In this document: positions 12,678 to 20,815 of the stretch, piece by piece
Layout: each line of letters begins with the position of its first letter
How positions within the stretch are numbered: position 1 is the stretch's first letter
Origin: Speluncibacter jeojiensis
GTDB taxonomy: Bacteria > Actinomycetota > Actinomycetes > Mycobacteriales > Mycobacteriaceae
NCBI RefSeq assembly: GCF_029589495.1
Contig: NZ_JAAIVF010000002.1
Location: forward strand, 696,353-728,352
Direction: 5' to 3'
DNA: 32,000 nucleotides
Program-made: the position numbers and the translations under genes
Notes under the pieces: generated by a model
What the model was told of the DNA's origin: nothing
The model's input: the letters and a program-made list of their open reading frames with translations, nothing else
Database searches by the model: none

Positions 12678-13655
12678 ATGACCACCGCACTCGCACCCCG
12701 CGAAGAACTCATCTGCACCTCCGTCGAATGGGCCTGCCGCGCCCCGTCGCTGCACAACAGTCAGCCGTGGCGGTTCGTCTACGACAGCGCCGGCCTGCAC
12801 CTGTACGTCGACGAGCGCCGCCTGCTCGACACGACCGATCCGACCGGGCGGCAGGCGATCATCAGTTGCGGTGCGGCACTGCACCATCTGCGGATCGCCT
12901 TGCCGCACTTCGGCTTGGCACCGACGGTGCGACGCTTCCCCGACCCGGCGGATCCGTCGTTGCTGGCCGACATCACGTTCGATCGCGTCGAGGACCTCGA
13001 TCCCCGCGACGCCGCACTGTTCCTCGCAATCGAACACCGCCGCACCGACCGCCGCCCGTTCCGCCGGCCCAGCGAGGTCGCGCTGCACGACCTCGATCGC
13101 GCCGCGCGGCGGCACGGCGCCACCATGACCCTGCTCGGCCCCGAGGCACGCGACGAGCTGGCCCGTGCCTCGCGGACCAGCGCCGCACTTCACCGGTACG
13201 ACCCCGCCTACCGGGCCGAACTGCTGTGGTGGAGCGGGCACAGCCGGGACGACGGGATCCCCCGCAACCTGCTGCCCGCGGCGGTCGACGGCCCTCCCGC
13301 CGTCGAGATCGCCCGCACCTTCCCTGCCGGCACCCTCGAGGCGGACGGTGACGAAGACCAGGCCGCACTGGGGGTGCTCAGCACCTGCACGGACACGCCG
13401 CGGGACTGGCTGCACGTCGGCGAAGCACTGTCGTCGGTGCTGCTCGAGGCCACCGTCCTGCACCTCGCCACCTGCCCACTCACCCATGTGACCGAAGTCC
13501 CGGCCAGCCGCGAGATCGTGCGGGCCACGACCGCGGTGGCCGGGTCGCCCTGCCGGTACCCGCAGGTGGCCATCCGGTTCGGCGGTCCTCGGCACCCGCC
13601 GCTGGTCGGGCAGACCGCCCGGCGGTCGGTCGAGGACGTGTACCGGGTGCGGTGA
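12678..13655 (+). CDS. acg: Acg-family FMN-binding (nitroreductase-fold) oxidoreductase, 325 aa
   Basis: N-terminal motif RAPSLHNSQPWRF and the two-lobed nitroreductase-like length and layout match the Acg/Rv2032, Rv3127 and Rv3131 family, which belongs to the DosR regulon in mycobacteria. There is no obvious SD, so the transcript may be leaderless. Confidence 0.8.
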   Translation: MTTALAPREELICTSVEWACRAPSLHNSQPWRFVYDSAGLHLYVDERRLLDTTDPTGRQAIISCGAALHHLRIALPHFGLAPTVRRFPDPADPSLLADITFDRVEDLDPRDAALFLAIEHRRTDRRPFRRPSEVALHDLDRAARRHGATMTLLGPEARDELARASRTSAALHRYDPAYRAELLWWSGHSRDDGIPRNLLPAAVDGPPAVEIARTFPAGTLEADGDEDQAALGVLSTCTDTPRDWLHVGEALSSVLLEATVLHLATCPLTHVTEVPASREIVRATTAVAGSPCRYPQVAIRFGGPRHPPLVGQTARRSVEDVYRVR

Positions 13656-13677
13656 GTGCTTCGACTCGCCCCGCCCG

Positions 13678-14661
13678 TCAGCTCTCGTCGTGCTTCTCCC
13701 AGAAGCGCGCCCGGAGGCGGTAGCGGATCCCTTCGTCCAGGTCGTACACCTGCAGCGCGTCGGAGGCGTCGATCAGCAGGGCGCGGTCGATGTCGGAGGG
13801 GATCGACGGCCGCGCGCTCTGGAGCTGCTGCTGCTCCTCGGACGACGCGCTCGTCCGGATCGACGACAGCACCCGCATCACGACCTCGTCGAGCAACCGA
13901 TCCTGTTCCTCCTGCTCCTGGTACTCGGGCAGCAGGTGCGCCGGAGAGCCGGTCGACGAGCTGTACGCCAGCACGCTCGTCGGAGGCGGTGCTGTCGGAC
14001 AGTGCGCGGCCGCGGCGGCGAGGTCGCGCGGGGTCGGGCGCACGGCGGCCGCGGCCGTCGGCAGAGGCGGCTCAGGCGCCTGCACCGGTGCGGCCGGCTC
14101 GCGCACCGGCGGGTGCTCGACCTTGATCACCGCACCGTCGACGGCCGCGCCGTCGACCGTGTCGATCTCGTCGGCCGCCCGGATCAGGTACCGGCTCACG
14201 CCGTGCGGCCTGCCGTCGGCGTTGGGCACCGCGAGCAGCACGACCTGCACCCCGTGCACCTGTGCCTCTTCGACCGCCTCGGTCAGGTCGTCGTCGCCGG
14301 AGACCAGGAAAAACACGTCGGACGCGCTGTTGCGGGCGTGCGCGACGAGGTCGAGCCCGATGCGCAGGTCGACGCCCTTCTGTTTGCCGTCGACGCCGAA
14401 CCGGCCGAGCCGCAGCTTGACCTTGGGGATCTCGCCGATCCGCTCCTGCTGCGCGTCGGGTACCCCGTTCTTCGCCGAGTCGTACCAGTGCACCCGCAGC
14501 ACCGGCAGGCCCGACCGCGCCTCGGCCGCGTCGACCAACGAGCTGATCAGCTTCGCGTACTCGGGATGGATCCCGCTGCGCAGCGAGGTGCCGGTGACGC
14601 GGGTCGCGGCGGACGCGAGCAGGTATCCGACATCGATGTACAGGGAGCAGGTCGACCGCAT
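13678..14661 (-). CDS. NYN (LabA-like PIN-fold) domain protein with Pro/Ala-rich linker and acidic C-terminal domain, 327 aa
   Basis: The N-terminal roughly 170 aa carry NYN/LabA features: LYIDVGYLL, KGVDLRIGLDLV, VFFLVSGDDDLTEAVEEAQ. A low-complexity PA-rich linker follows (about residues 175-235), then a C-terminal module of about 90 aa that I do not recognise. Confidence 0.8.
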   Translation of the reverse strand: MRSTCSLYIDVGYLLASAATRVTGTSLRSGIHPEYAKLISSLVDAAEARSGLPVLRVHWYDSAKNGVPDAQQERIGEIPKVKLRLGRFGVDGKQKGVDLRIGLDLVAHARNSASDVFFLVSGDDDLTEAVEEAQVHGVQVVLLAVPNADGRPHGVSRYLIRAADEIDTVDGAAVDGAVIKVEHPPVREPAAPVQAPEPPLPTAAAAVRPTPRDLAAAAAHCPTAPPPTSVLAYSSSTGSPAHLLPEYQEQEEQDRLLDEVVMRVLSSIRTSASSEEQQQLQSARPSIPSDIDRALLIDASDALQVYDLDEGIRYRLRARFWEKHDES

Positions 14662-14743
14662 GCGCCCACTATGACATGACAGATATGCGAAACTGCCGAT
14701 CTCACGACACGCTCGTGACGATTACCGAACCGACCCGCGTGTA

Positions 14744-15379
14744 TCAGTGCCGCCGCCCGAGCCGTGTCGCCATCACCGCCGCCTGGGTTCGGCGCTCCAC
14801 CCCGAGCTTCGCCAGCAGTCGCGACACGTAGTTCTTGACGGTCTTCTCCGCCAGGTGCATCCGCCCGGCGATCTGCCGGTTGGTCAGTCCCTCACCGAGC
14901 AGGTCGAGCAGCCGCTGCTCCTGCGGGCTCAGTTTCGCCAGCGCTCCGCGCTGCTCGTGCTCGCCACGCACCTCCGCCATGAGCGCGGCCGTCGCGCGCT
15001 CGTCGAGCAGCGACCCGCCCGCCCCGACCTCGCGGATCGCCTTCGTCAGGTCGAGTCCGCGAATGTCCTTGATCACGTATCCGGCCGCGCCGGCGAGGAT
15101 CGCGTCGACCATGGCCTGCTCATCGGTGTACGACGTGAGGATCAGGCACTGCAATTGCGGCATGCGCGAGCGCAGTTCGCGGCACAGTTCCACCCCGCTG
15201 CCGTCGGGCAGCCGCACGTCGAGGACCGCGACATCCGGCCGCAACGCCGGGATCCGCGCCAGCGCATGCGAACAGTTGCCGGCCTCGCCGACCACCGTCA
15301 GCTCCTCGTCGGCCTCGATCAGGTCGGTCAGCCCCCGCCGCACCACCTCGTGATCGTCGACCAGAAAGACGGTGTACAC
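14744..15379 (-). CDS. dosR: DosR/DevR-type NarL-family response regulator, 211 aa
   Basis: GTG start at 15379. The sequence is near-collinear with my recollection of M. tuberculosis DevR: [30 protein letters not shown] (phospho-Asp), [46 protein letters not shown]. Confidence 0.9.
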   Translation of the reverse strand: MYTVFLVDDHEVVRRGLTDLIEADEELTVVGEAGNCSHALARIPALRPDVAVLDVRLPDGSGVELCRELRSRMPQLQCLILTSYTDEQAMVDAILAGAAGYVIKDIRGLDLTKAIREVGAGGSLLDERATAALMAEVRGEHEQRGALAKLSPQEQRLLDLLGEGLTNRQIAGRMHLAEKTVKNYVSRLLAKLGVERRTQAAVMATRLGRRH

Positions 15380-15385
15380 CCGCCG

Positions 15386-16396
15386 CTAACTGCTTCGGGC
15401 GGCGCGGATGGTCTCCTTGAGCGAACCCAGCGTCGCCAGCACCGAGGTTGGCTCGTACCCGCAGTGCGCCATGCAGTTGGCGCAGCGCGGATCGCGGCCG
15501 CGACCGTACTTCTCCCAGTCGGTGGTCTCGATCAGCTCTTTGTAGGTCTTCACGTAGCCGTCGGCCATCAGGTAGCACGGCTTCTGCCAGCCCAACAGCG
15601 AGTACGACGGCACTCCCCATGCGGTGCAGTCGAAGTCGACCTTGCCTTCGAGAAAGTCGAGGAACAGCGGAGAATGGTTCAGGCGCCACTTCTTGCGCCG
15701 GCCGTCGGCGAACGTCTTGCGGAACAGCTCGCGCGTCTCCTGCACGCCGAGGAAGTGCTCCTGGTCGGGCGCCTTCTCGTAGGCGTACGCCGGCGAGACC
15801 ATCATCTGGTCGACCTGCAGGTCATCGTTGAGGAAGTCCAGCACGTCGATGACCGACTGCGGGGTGTCGGTGTTGAACACCGTCGTGTTGGTGGTGACCC
15901 GGAAGCCGCGGCTCTTCAGCTCGCGCACCGCCTCGACCACCTCGTCGAACACGCCCTCCTTGCAGACGGACGCGTCGTGCCGCTCCTGCAGACCGTCCAC
16001 GTGCACGGCGAACGCGAAGTAGCGGGACGGCTTGAAGTCGAAGCGCTCCAGCCGTTTCCGCAGCAACACCCCGTTGGTGCACAGGAAGACGAACTTCTTG
16101 CGCTTGACCAACTCGGCGACGATCTTGTCGATCTCCGGGTGCATCAGCGGCTCGCCGCCGGCGATGGACACCATCGGCGCGCCGGACTCCTCGATCGCGG
16201 CCACGGCCTGCTCCACGGGCATCCGCTGTTTGAGCAGATGGGCCGGCTGCTGGATCTTGCCGCAGCCCGCGCATGCGAGGTTGCACGCGAACAGCGGTTC
16301 CAATTCGACGATCAGCGGAAACTTCTTGTTGCCCCGAACCTTCTGCTCGAGCAGGTACCGAGCGATCCTCATGCTTTGGTACAACGGCATACTCAT
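15386..16396 (-). CDS. hpnH: Adenosyl-hopene transferase HpnH (radical SAM), 336 aa
   Basis: Radical-SAM cluster motif FACNLACAGCGKI is present. The rest of the sequence matches the HpnH family along its length (VSIAGGEPLMHPEI, FLCTNGVLL, CTAWGVPSYSLLGWQKPCYLM, RCANCMAHCGYEP). The ATG at 16396 overlaps the upstream stop; ATG at 16390 is an alternative start. Confidence 0.92.
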   Translation of the reverse strand: MSMPLYQSMRIARYLLEQKVRGNKKFPLIVELEPLFACNLACAGCGKIQQPAHLLKQRMPVEQAVAAIEESGAPMVSIAGGEPLMHPEIDKIVAELVKRKKFVFLCTNGVLLRKRLERFDFKPSRYFAFAVHVDGLQERHDASVCKEGVFDEVVEAVRELKSRGFRVTTNTTVFNTDTPQSVIDVLDFLNDDLQVDQMMVSPAYAYEKAPDQEHFLGVQETRELFRKTFADGRRKKWRLNHSPLFLDFLEGKVDFDCTAWGVPSYSLLGWQKPCYLMADGYVKTYKELIETTDWEKYGRGRDPRCANCMAHCGYEPTSVLATLGSLKETIRAARSS

Positions 16397-17907
16397 TGCT
16401 GACGAACCTCCTTCGGCAATGTGAAATTGATTTTCTCCGTGGTTGTTTCGTGTGTGTCGATCCGTATCCTCCCCAGTGCCCCGAGGGCCGCGACGATCTC
16501 GTCGACCACCTCCGCGGGCGCGGAGGCGCCGGCGGAGATCCCGATCGTGCGGGCGCGCGCGAGCCAGTCCAGCGAGACCTGTCCGGCGTCGTCGACGAGG
16601 TGCGCCTCGGTGCCCTCACGCTGCGCGACCTCCACCAGCCGCCGCGAGTTCGACGAGTTCTCCGATCCGGCGACGAGCACCAGGTCCGACTGCCGAGCCA
16701 CCGCCCGCACGGCGCGCTGGCGGTTGGTGGTGGCGTAGCAGATGTCGTCGGAATCCGGCCCGCGCAGACTCGGAAAGCGTTCGCGCAGAACGTTTACCAC
16801 ATCGGCTGCCTCGTCCGCGGCCAAGGTGGTCTGCATCAGGTAGGCGACCCGTTCCGGGTCGCGTACCTGCACCCGCTCGGCGTCGTGCACGCTCTGCACG
16901 AGCACCGTGTCGGCGGGTTCCTCACCGAGGGTGCCCTCGACCTCCTCGTGCCCGGCGTGGCCGATCAGCAACACCGTGTGACCGTCCCGTACGAACCGCT
17001 TCGCCTCGGTGTGCACCTTCGCCACCAGCGGGCAGGTGGCGTCGACGACGTCCAGCCCGCGCAGCGCCGCATCGGCGCGCACCGCGGGCGCCACCCCGTG
17101 CGCGGAGAAGACGACCGTGGCACCGTCGGGCACCTCGGCGAGCTCGTCGACGAACACCGCTCCCCTGCCCTCGAGCCCGTGCACCACCCGCGAGTTGTGC
17201 ACGATCTGCTTGCGTACGTACACCGGCGCCTGCCGGGTCTGCAGCAGGCTGTCGACGATCCGGATCGCACGCTCGACCCCGGCGCAGAACGAGCGCGGCG
17301 AGGCCATCACCAACCGGCGGTCCCCGGTCGCGGCTGCCCACCGGCTCAGCACCGTCCCGACGGTACGCAGCGTACGCAGCGCGGTCAGCCCGCCGGACAC
17401 CGTCGACGGGGACCACAGGGGACGGTCCGGGGTGTCGGAGACGACGCGCAGCACCGCCGTCGGCGCCCCGTCGGCCAGTTGCAGCAGCACTCCGGACTCC
17501 ATGTCGACCGCGATCGACCCGTCCGCGGCCAGCGCGGCGTGTTCGCCGCGCCCGACCATGTGCCCGCTCTGCCGGATCGGACCCAGGTGCGCCGTCAGCC
17601 CGGCCTCGCGCAGCGCGGTGACCAGCAGCGGCGCGGCCGCCAGCCGATGCGTGCCCGCGGACGCGCGGACCTCGTCGGCGACCACCACCTCCCCGACGCC
17701 GATGCCGTCGACGAGCGCGCCGGCGACGCCGGTGATCGCCAGTGCCGCAGGGCTGTTCGCGATCAGTGCCGACCGGACCCGATCACCCCGGCGGGCGCGA
17801 ACCCCGGCCCGCACCAGCGTCGCACCGGCCAGTCCCGGCCGCGTCGCAGCGGCCTCGACACCCGTCGCGGTGGCGACCACGAGGGAGCGCGGGCCGGCGG
17901 TCGTCAT
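16393..17907 (-). CDS. ispH: Apparent fusion protein: N-terminal HpnG-like nucleosidase/phosphorylase domain + C-terminal IspH (HMBPP reductase), 504 aa
   Basis: Residues 1-195 look like a PNP/MTA-nucleosidase fold (ITGVAGAL, IAVDMESG). Residues from about 200 are a full-length IspH with all three Fe-S cysteines (SFCAGVERAI, DATCPLVAKVH, DDICYATTNRQ) and SENSSNSRRL. A single frame runs from the ATG at 17907 without a stop. Confidence 0.85.
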   Translation of the reverse strand: MTTAGPRSLVVATATGVEAAATRPGLAGATLVRAGVRARRGDRVRSALIANSPAALAITGVAGALVDGIGVGEVVVADEVRASAGTHRLAAAPLLVTALREAGLTAHLGPIRQSGHMVGRGEHAALAADGSIAVDMESGVLLQLADGAPTAVLRVVSDTPDRPLWSPSTVSGGLTALRTLRTVGTVLSRWAAATGDRRLVMASPRSFCAGVERAIRIVDSLLQTRQAPVYVRKQIVHNSRVVHGLEGRGAVFVDELAEVPDGATVVFSAHGVAPAVRADAALRGLDVVDATCPLVAKVHTEAKRFVRDGHTVLLIGHAGHEEVEGTLGEEPADTVLVQSVHDAERVQVRDPERVAYLMQTTLAADEAADVVNVLRERFPSLRGPDSDDICYATTNRQRAVRAVARQSDLVLVAGSENSSNSRRLVEVAQREGTEAHLVDDAGQVSLDWLARARTIGISAGASAPAEVVDEIVAALGALGRIRIDTHETTTEKINFTLPKEVRQQ

Positions 17908-19811
17908 CGGTCACCGACGGAGAGGAACCTGCCCAGCGCGCTGAGCGGGAAGACCAGGCGGTACAGGTGGTAGTTGATGTAGAAGTCGCCGGGGAAGCCG
18001 GTGCCGGTGAACAGGGACTCGTCCCAGCCGCCGTCCTCACGTTGGGTGCGCAGCAGCCAGCCGACGCCGGCCTGCACGACCACTCCGCGCTCCCCCGCTG
18101 CCAACAGGGCCAGCAATGCCCACGCGGTCTGCGACGCGGTCGACTCGCCGCGGCCGATCCAGCTCCGATCGGTGTACGAGCGCAGGTCCTCGCCCCAACC
18201 GCCGTCCTCGTTCTGATGCTGCTCGAGCCAGCGCACCGCCCGCCGGATCGCGGGGTGGGTGGTCGGCACGTCGGCGTCGACGAGCGCCGGCACCACCGCG
18301 CCGGTCCCGTACACGTGGTTCGCGCCCCACCGCCCGAACCAGGATCCGTCCTGCTCCTGATTGTCGAGCAGCCACTGCACGCCGCGCCGGGTGACCGCGG
18401 CGTCGGCGTCGTCGCCGGCCGCGAGCATCTCGACGATGTGGCCGGTCACGTCCGCCGAGGGCGGGTCGATCACCGCGCCGAAGTCGCAGAACGGCAACTT
18501 CTCGCAGAGCGTGCGGGTGTTGTCGGCGTCGAAGGCGCCCCAGCCCCCGTCGCGGCACTGCATGCCCTCGATCCAGGCGGTGGCGCGGGCGACCGCGGAG
18601 TCGATGCGTGCGGGGTCGGGGTGGCGCAGCCGGCGCAGGGCCAGCACCACCTCGGCAGTGTCGTCGGTGTCCGCGTAGTTGACGTTGGCGAACTCGAACG
18701 CCCAACCGGACGGCGCGAGGTCGGGCCGGCGCACCGACCAGTCGCCCTTGACGCTGATCTCCTGGTCCAGCAGCCAGTTCCCGGCCCGGATCAGTGCCGG
18801 GTCGTCGTCGGGTGTGCCGGCGTCCAGCAGTGCGGTCAGCGCGAGCCCGGTGTCCCACACCGGCGACTGGCACGCCTCCAGACGGCGTACCCAGCCGTGC
18901 GGGGTCTGTTCCCGGATGGTGAAGTCGTCCAGTCCGGCCATCGCCTTGTTCTGGACCGGGTGATCCATGTCGTACCCGCGCAGATACAGCGCGATGATCG
19001 AGTACACCCACGGCGGCTGGATGCCGCCCCAACCGCCGTCCGCCTCCTGCCGGGCCAGGATCCACTTCTCGGCCCGCCGCAGCGACAGCCGGCGCAGCGG
19101 CGTCCTCGGGATCTTCTCGAGCAGGTGCAGCACCTTGTCCAACCGCTGGAAGGCGCCCGCCCAGCTGCGCCACGACGCCAGCGGCGGTTCCGGTGTGCCG
19201 GTGCGCAGTTCACGCACGCTCACGCCGAGGTCGCGGCGCGGCTGCATCGTCCACACCACGGTCAGCGGGACCACGGTCTGGCGCGCCCAGCAGGCCCAGT
19301 CGTAGATGTTGAGCGGGAACCACTTCGGCAGCAGCGCGATCTCCGGCGGCAGCACCGGCAGTCGGTCCCAGGACCATTCCCCGAACAGCGCCAGCCAGAT
19401 CCGGGTGAACACCCGGGTGGCCTCGATGCCGCCGTGCGCCAGCACGTACTCGCGGGCCCGGGCCATGTGCGCCGCGTCCGGGTCGTCGCCGACCATCTTG
19501 AGCACCGTGTAGGCCTCGACGGTGGTGGACAGGTCCGCCGGACCGCCACGGAAGTTCGCCCAGGTGCCGTCCTGCCGCTGCTGCGACCGGATCCACCGGG
19601 CCGACTCCTCGCTGCGCTGCGCGTCCCGGATGCCGAGGAACTGCCGCAGCATCAGATCCTCGGCGTCCATCGTCACGTTGGTCTCGAGTTCGCCCTTCCA
19701 CCACCCCTCGGGGTGCTGCAGCCCGAGCAGATGGGTCCGGGCCCGTTCGGTGGCCTCGCGGACCGCGTCGCCGAAGACGACATCGTCGGTGATCTCGCGC
19801 AGTTCGGTCAT
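17904..19811 (-). CDS. shc: Squalene-hopene cyclase, 635 aa
   Basis: Catalytic DxDDTA motif (ADTDDTAEV) is present. Multiple QW repeats are visible (QEADGGWGGIQPPW, QCRDGGWGAFD, QEQDGSWFGRWG, NEDGGWGED, REDGGWDES). Confidence 0.95.
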   Translation of the reverse strand: MTELREITDDVVFGDAVREATERARTHLLGLQHPEGWWKGELETNVTMDAEDLMLRQFLGIRDAQRSEESARWIRSQQRQDGTWANFRGGPADLSTTVEAYTVLKMVGDDPDAAHMARAREYVLAHGGIEATRVFTRIWLALFGEWSWDRLPVLPPEIALLPKWFPLNIYDWACWARQTVVPLTVVWTMQPRRDLGVSVRELRTGTPEPPLASWRSWAGAFQRLDKVLHLLEKIPRTPLRRLSLRRAEKWILARQEADGGWGGIQPPWVYSIIALYLRGYDMDHPVQNKAMAGLDDFTIREQTPHGWVRRLEACQSPVWDTGLALTALLDAGTPDDDPALIRAGNWLLDQEISVKGDWSVRRPDLAPSGWAFEFANVNYADTDDTAEVVLALRRLRHPDPARIDSAVARATAWIEGMQCRDGGWGAFDADNTRTLCEKLPFCDFGAVIDPPSADVTGHIVEMLAAGDDADAAVTRRGVQWLLDNQEQDGSWFGRWGANHVYGTGAVVPALVDADVPTTHPAIRRAVRWLEQHQNEDGGWGEDLRSYTDRSWIGRGESTASQTAWALLALLAAGERGVVVQAGVGWLLRTQREDGGWDESLFTGTGFPGDFYINYHLYRLVFPLSALGRFLSVGDR

Positions 19812-20815
19812 AGGTCACGCTCCGTCATGAAAGCCGCCAATTCACGTAGGGACAGATCTATTTCCGTTGGCGCACCGACGTGTTCGAGGCAGCCCTGCGC
19901 CTGCAGCACCTGCGCACGCGCCTCACGTCGGGTCCACTCCAGCGCGCCGGACTCCGCCACCAGTCGCGCCATCTCGCGCAGCTGCGCCTCGTCGCTCGGC
20001 TCCGGTTCCGCATAGAGCAGGGCGAGTTCGGCGCCCTCCCGGGTCTGCGAGTTCAGTGCGGCGACCACTGGCACCGACTTCTTGCGGCTGCGCAGGTCCG
20101 AGAGCACCGGCTTGCCGGTGACCGCCGGCGCGCCCCAGATGCCCAGCAGGTCGTCGACCAGTTGGAAGGCCAGCCCGAGGTGCGCACCGAACGCGCGCAG
20201 CGCGGCCACCTGCTCGGGGGTCCCGCCGCCGAGCACCGCGCCGATCTCGGTGGCGCAGCGCATCAGCGCCCCAGTCTTGCCGGCCGCCATCTCCAGGCAC
20301 TGCGCCAGGTCGACCGCACCGCACTCCTCGAACTCGATGTCCTCGGCCTGGCCGACGATCAGTTCCTGCACGGCATCGGTCAGGCACCGCACGGCGGCCG
20401 GGTCGGCGGCCGGCCCGAGCACCTCGACCGCCAGCGTCAGCATCGCATCGCCGGCCAGGATCGCCGCCGGCACGCCGTACAGCTTCCACACGGTCGGCCG
20501 GTGCCTGCGCTCCTCGTCGCCGTCCATCACGTCGTCGTGGACGAGCGAGAAGTTGTGCACCAGTTCGACGGCCAGCGCACCGGGCAGCGCCACGTCCGCG
20601 TCGGCCCCGACCGCACGGGCGGACAGCAACGCCAGGGTCGGCCGCAGCGCCTTGCCGCCGCCGTCGGAGGCCGGGTGGCCCAGCTCGTCGGTCCAGCCGA
20701 GGTGGTAGCCGACGATCCGCCGCATGGACGGGTGCAGTTCGGCGACAGCCTTGCGCAGTGCGGGCTGAACCAGGGCCTGGGCCGCACCGACCGGCGCGGG
20801 CAGTGTGGTCGTCAT
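19808..20815 (-). CDS. Polyprenyl (farnesyl/geranylgeranyl) diphosphate synthase, 335 aa
   Basis: The internal ATG at 20815 overlaps the hpnE stop. First and second Asp-rich motifs are present: LVHDDVMDGD and FQLVDDLLG. The 625-aa track ORF is an out-of-gene extension through hpnE. Confidence 0.9.
   Translation of the reverse strand: MTTTLPAPVGAAQALVQPALRKAVAELHPSMRRIVGYHLGWTDELGHPASDGGGKALRPTLALLSARAVGADADVALPGALAVELVHNFSLVHDDVMDGDEERRHRPTVWKLYGVPAAILAGDAMLTLAVEVLGPAADPAAVRCLTDAVQELIVGQAEDIEFEECGAVDLAQCLEMAAGKTGALMRCATEIGAVLGGGTPEQVAALRAFGAHLGLAFQLVDDLLGIWGAPAVTGKPVLSDLRSRKKSVPVVAALNSQTREGAELALLYAEPEPSDEAQLREMARLVAESGALEWTRREARAQVLQAQGCLEHVGAPTEIDLSLRELAAFMTERDL

Noticed and set aside
18014-18025. 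The palindrome GGGACTCGTCCC, which contains both DosR half-site cores, inside shc.
   Set aside because: The spacing between the GGGAC and GTCCC cores is 2 nt rather than the 4 nt of the consensus. It lies deep in coding sequence, encoding WDESLF of a QW-type repeat. It is most likely a coincidence of codon choice.
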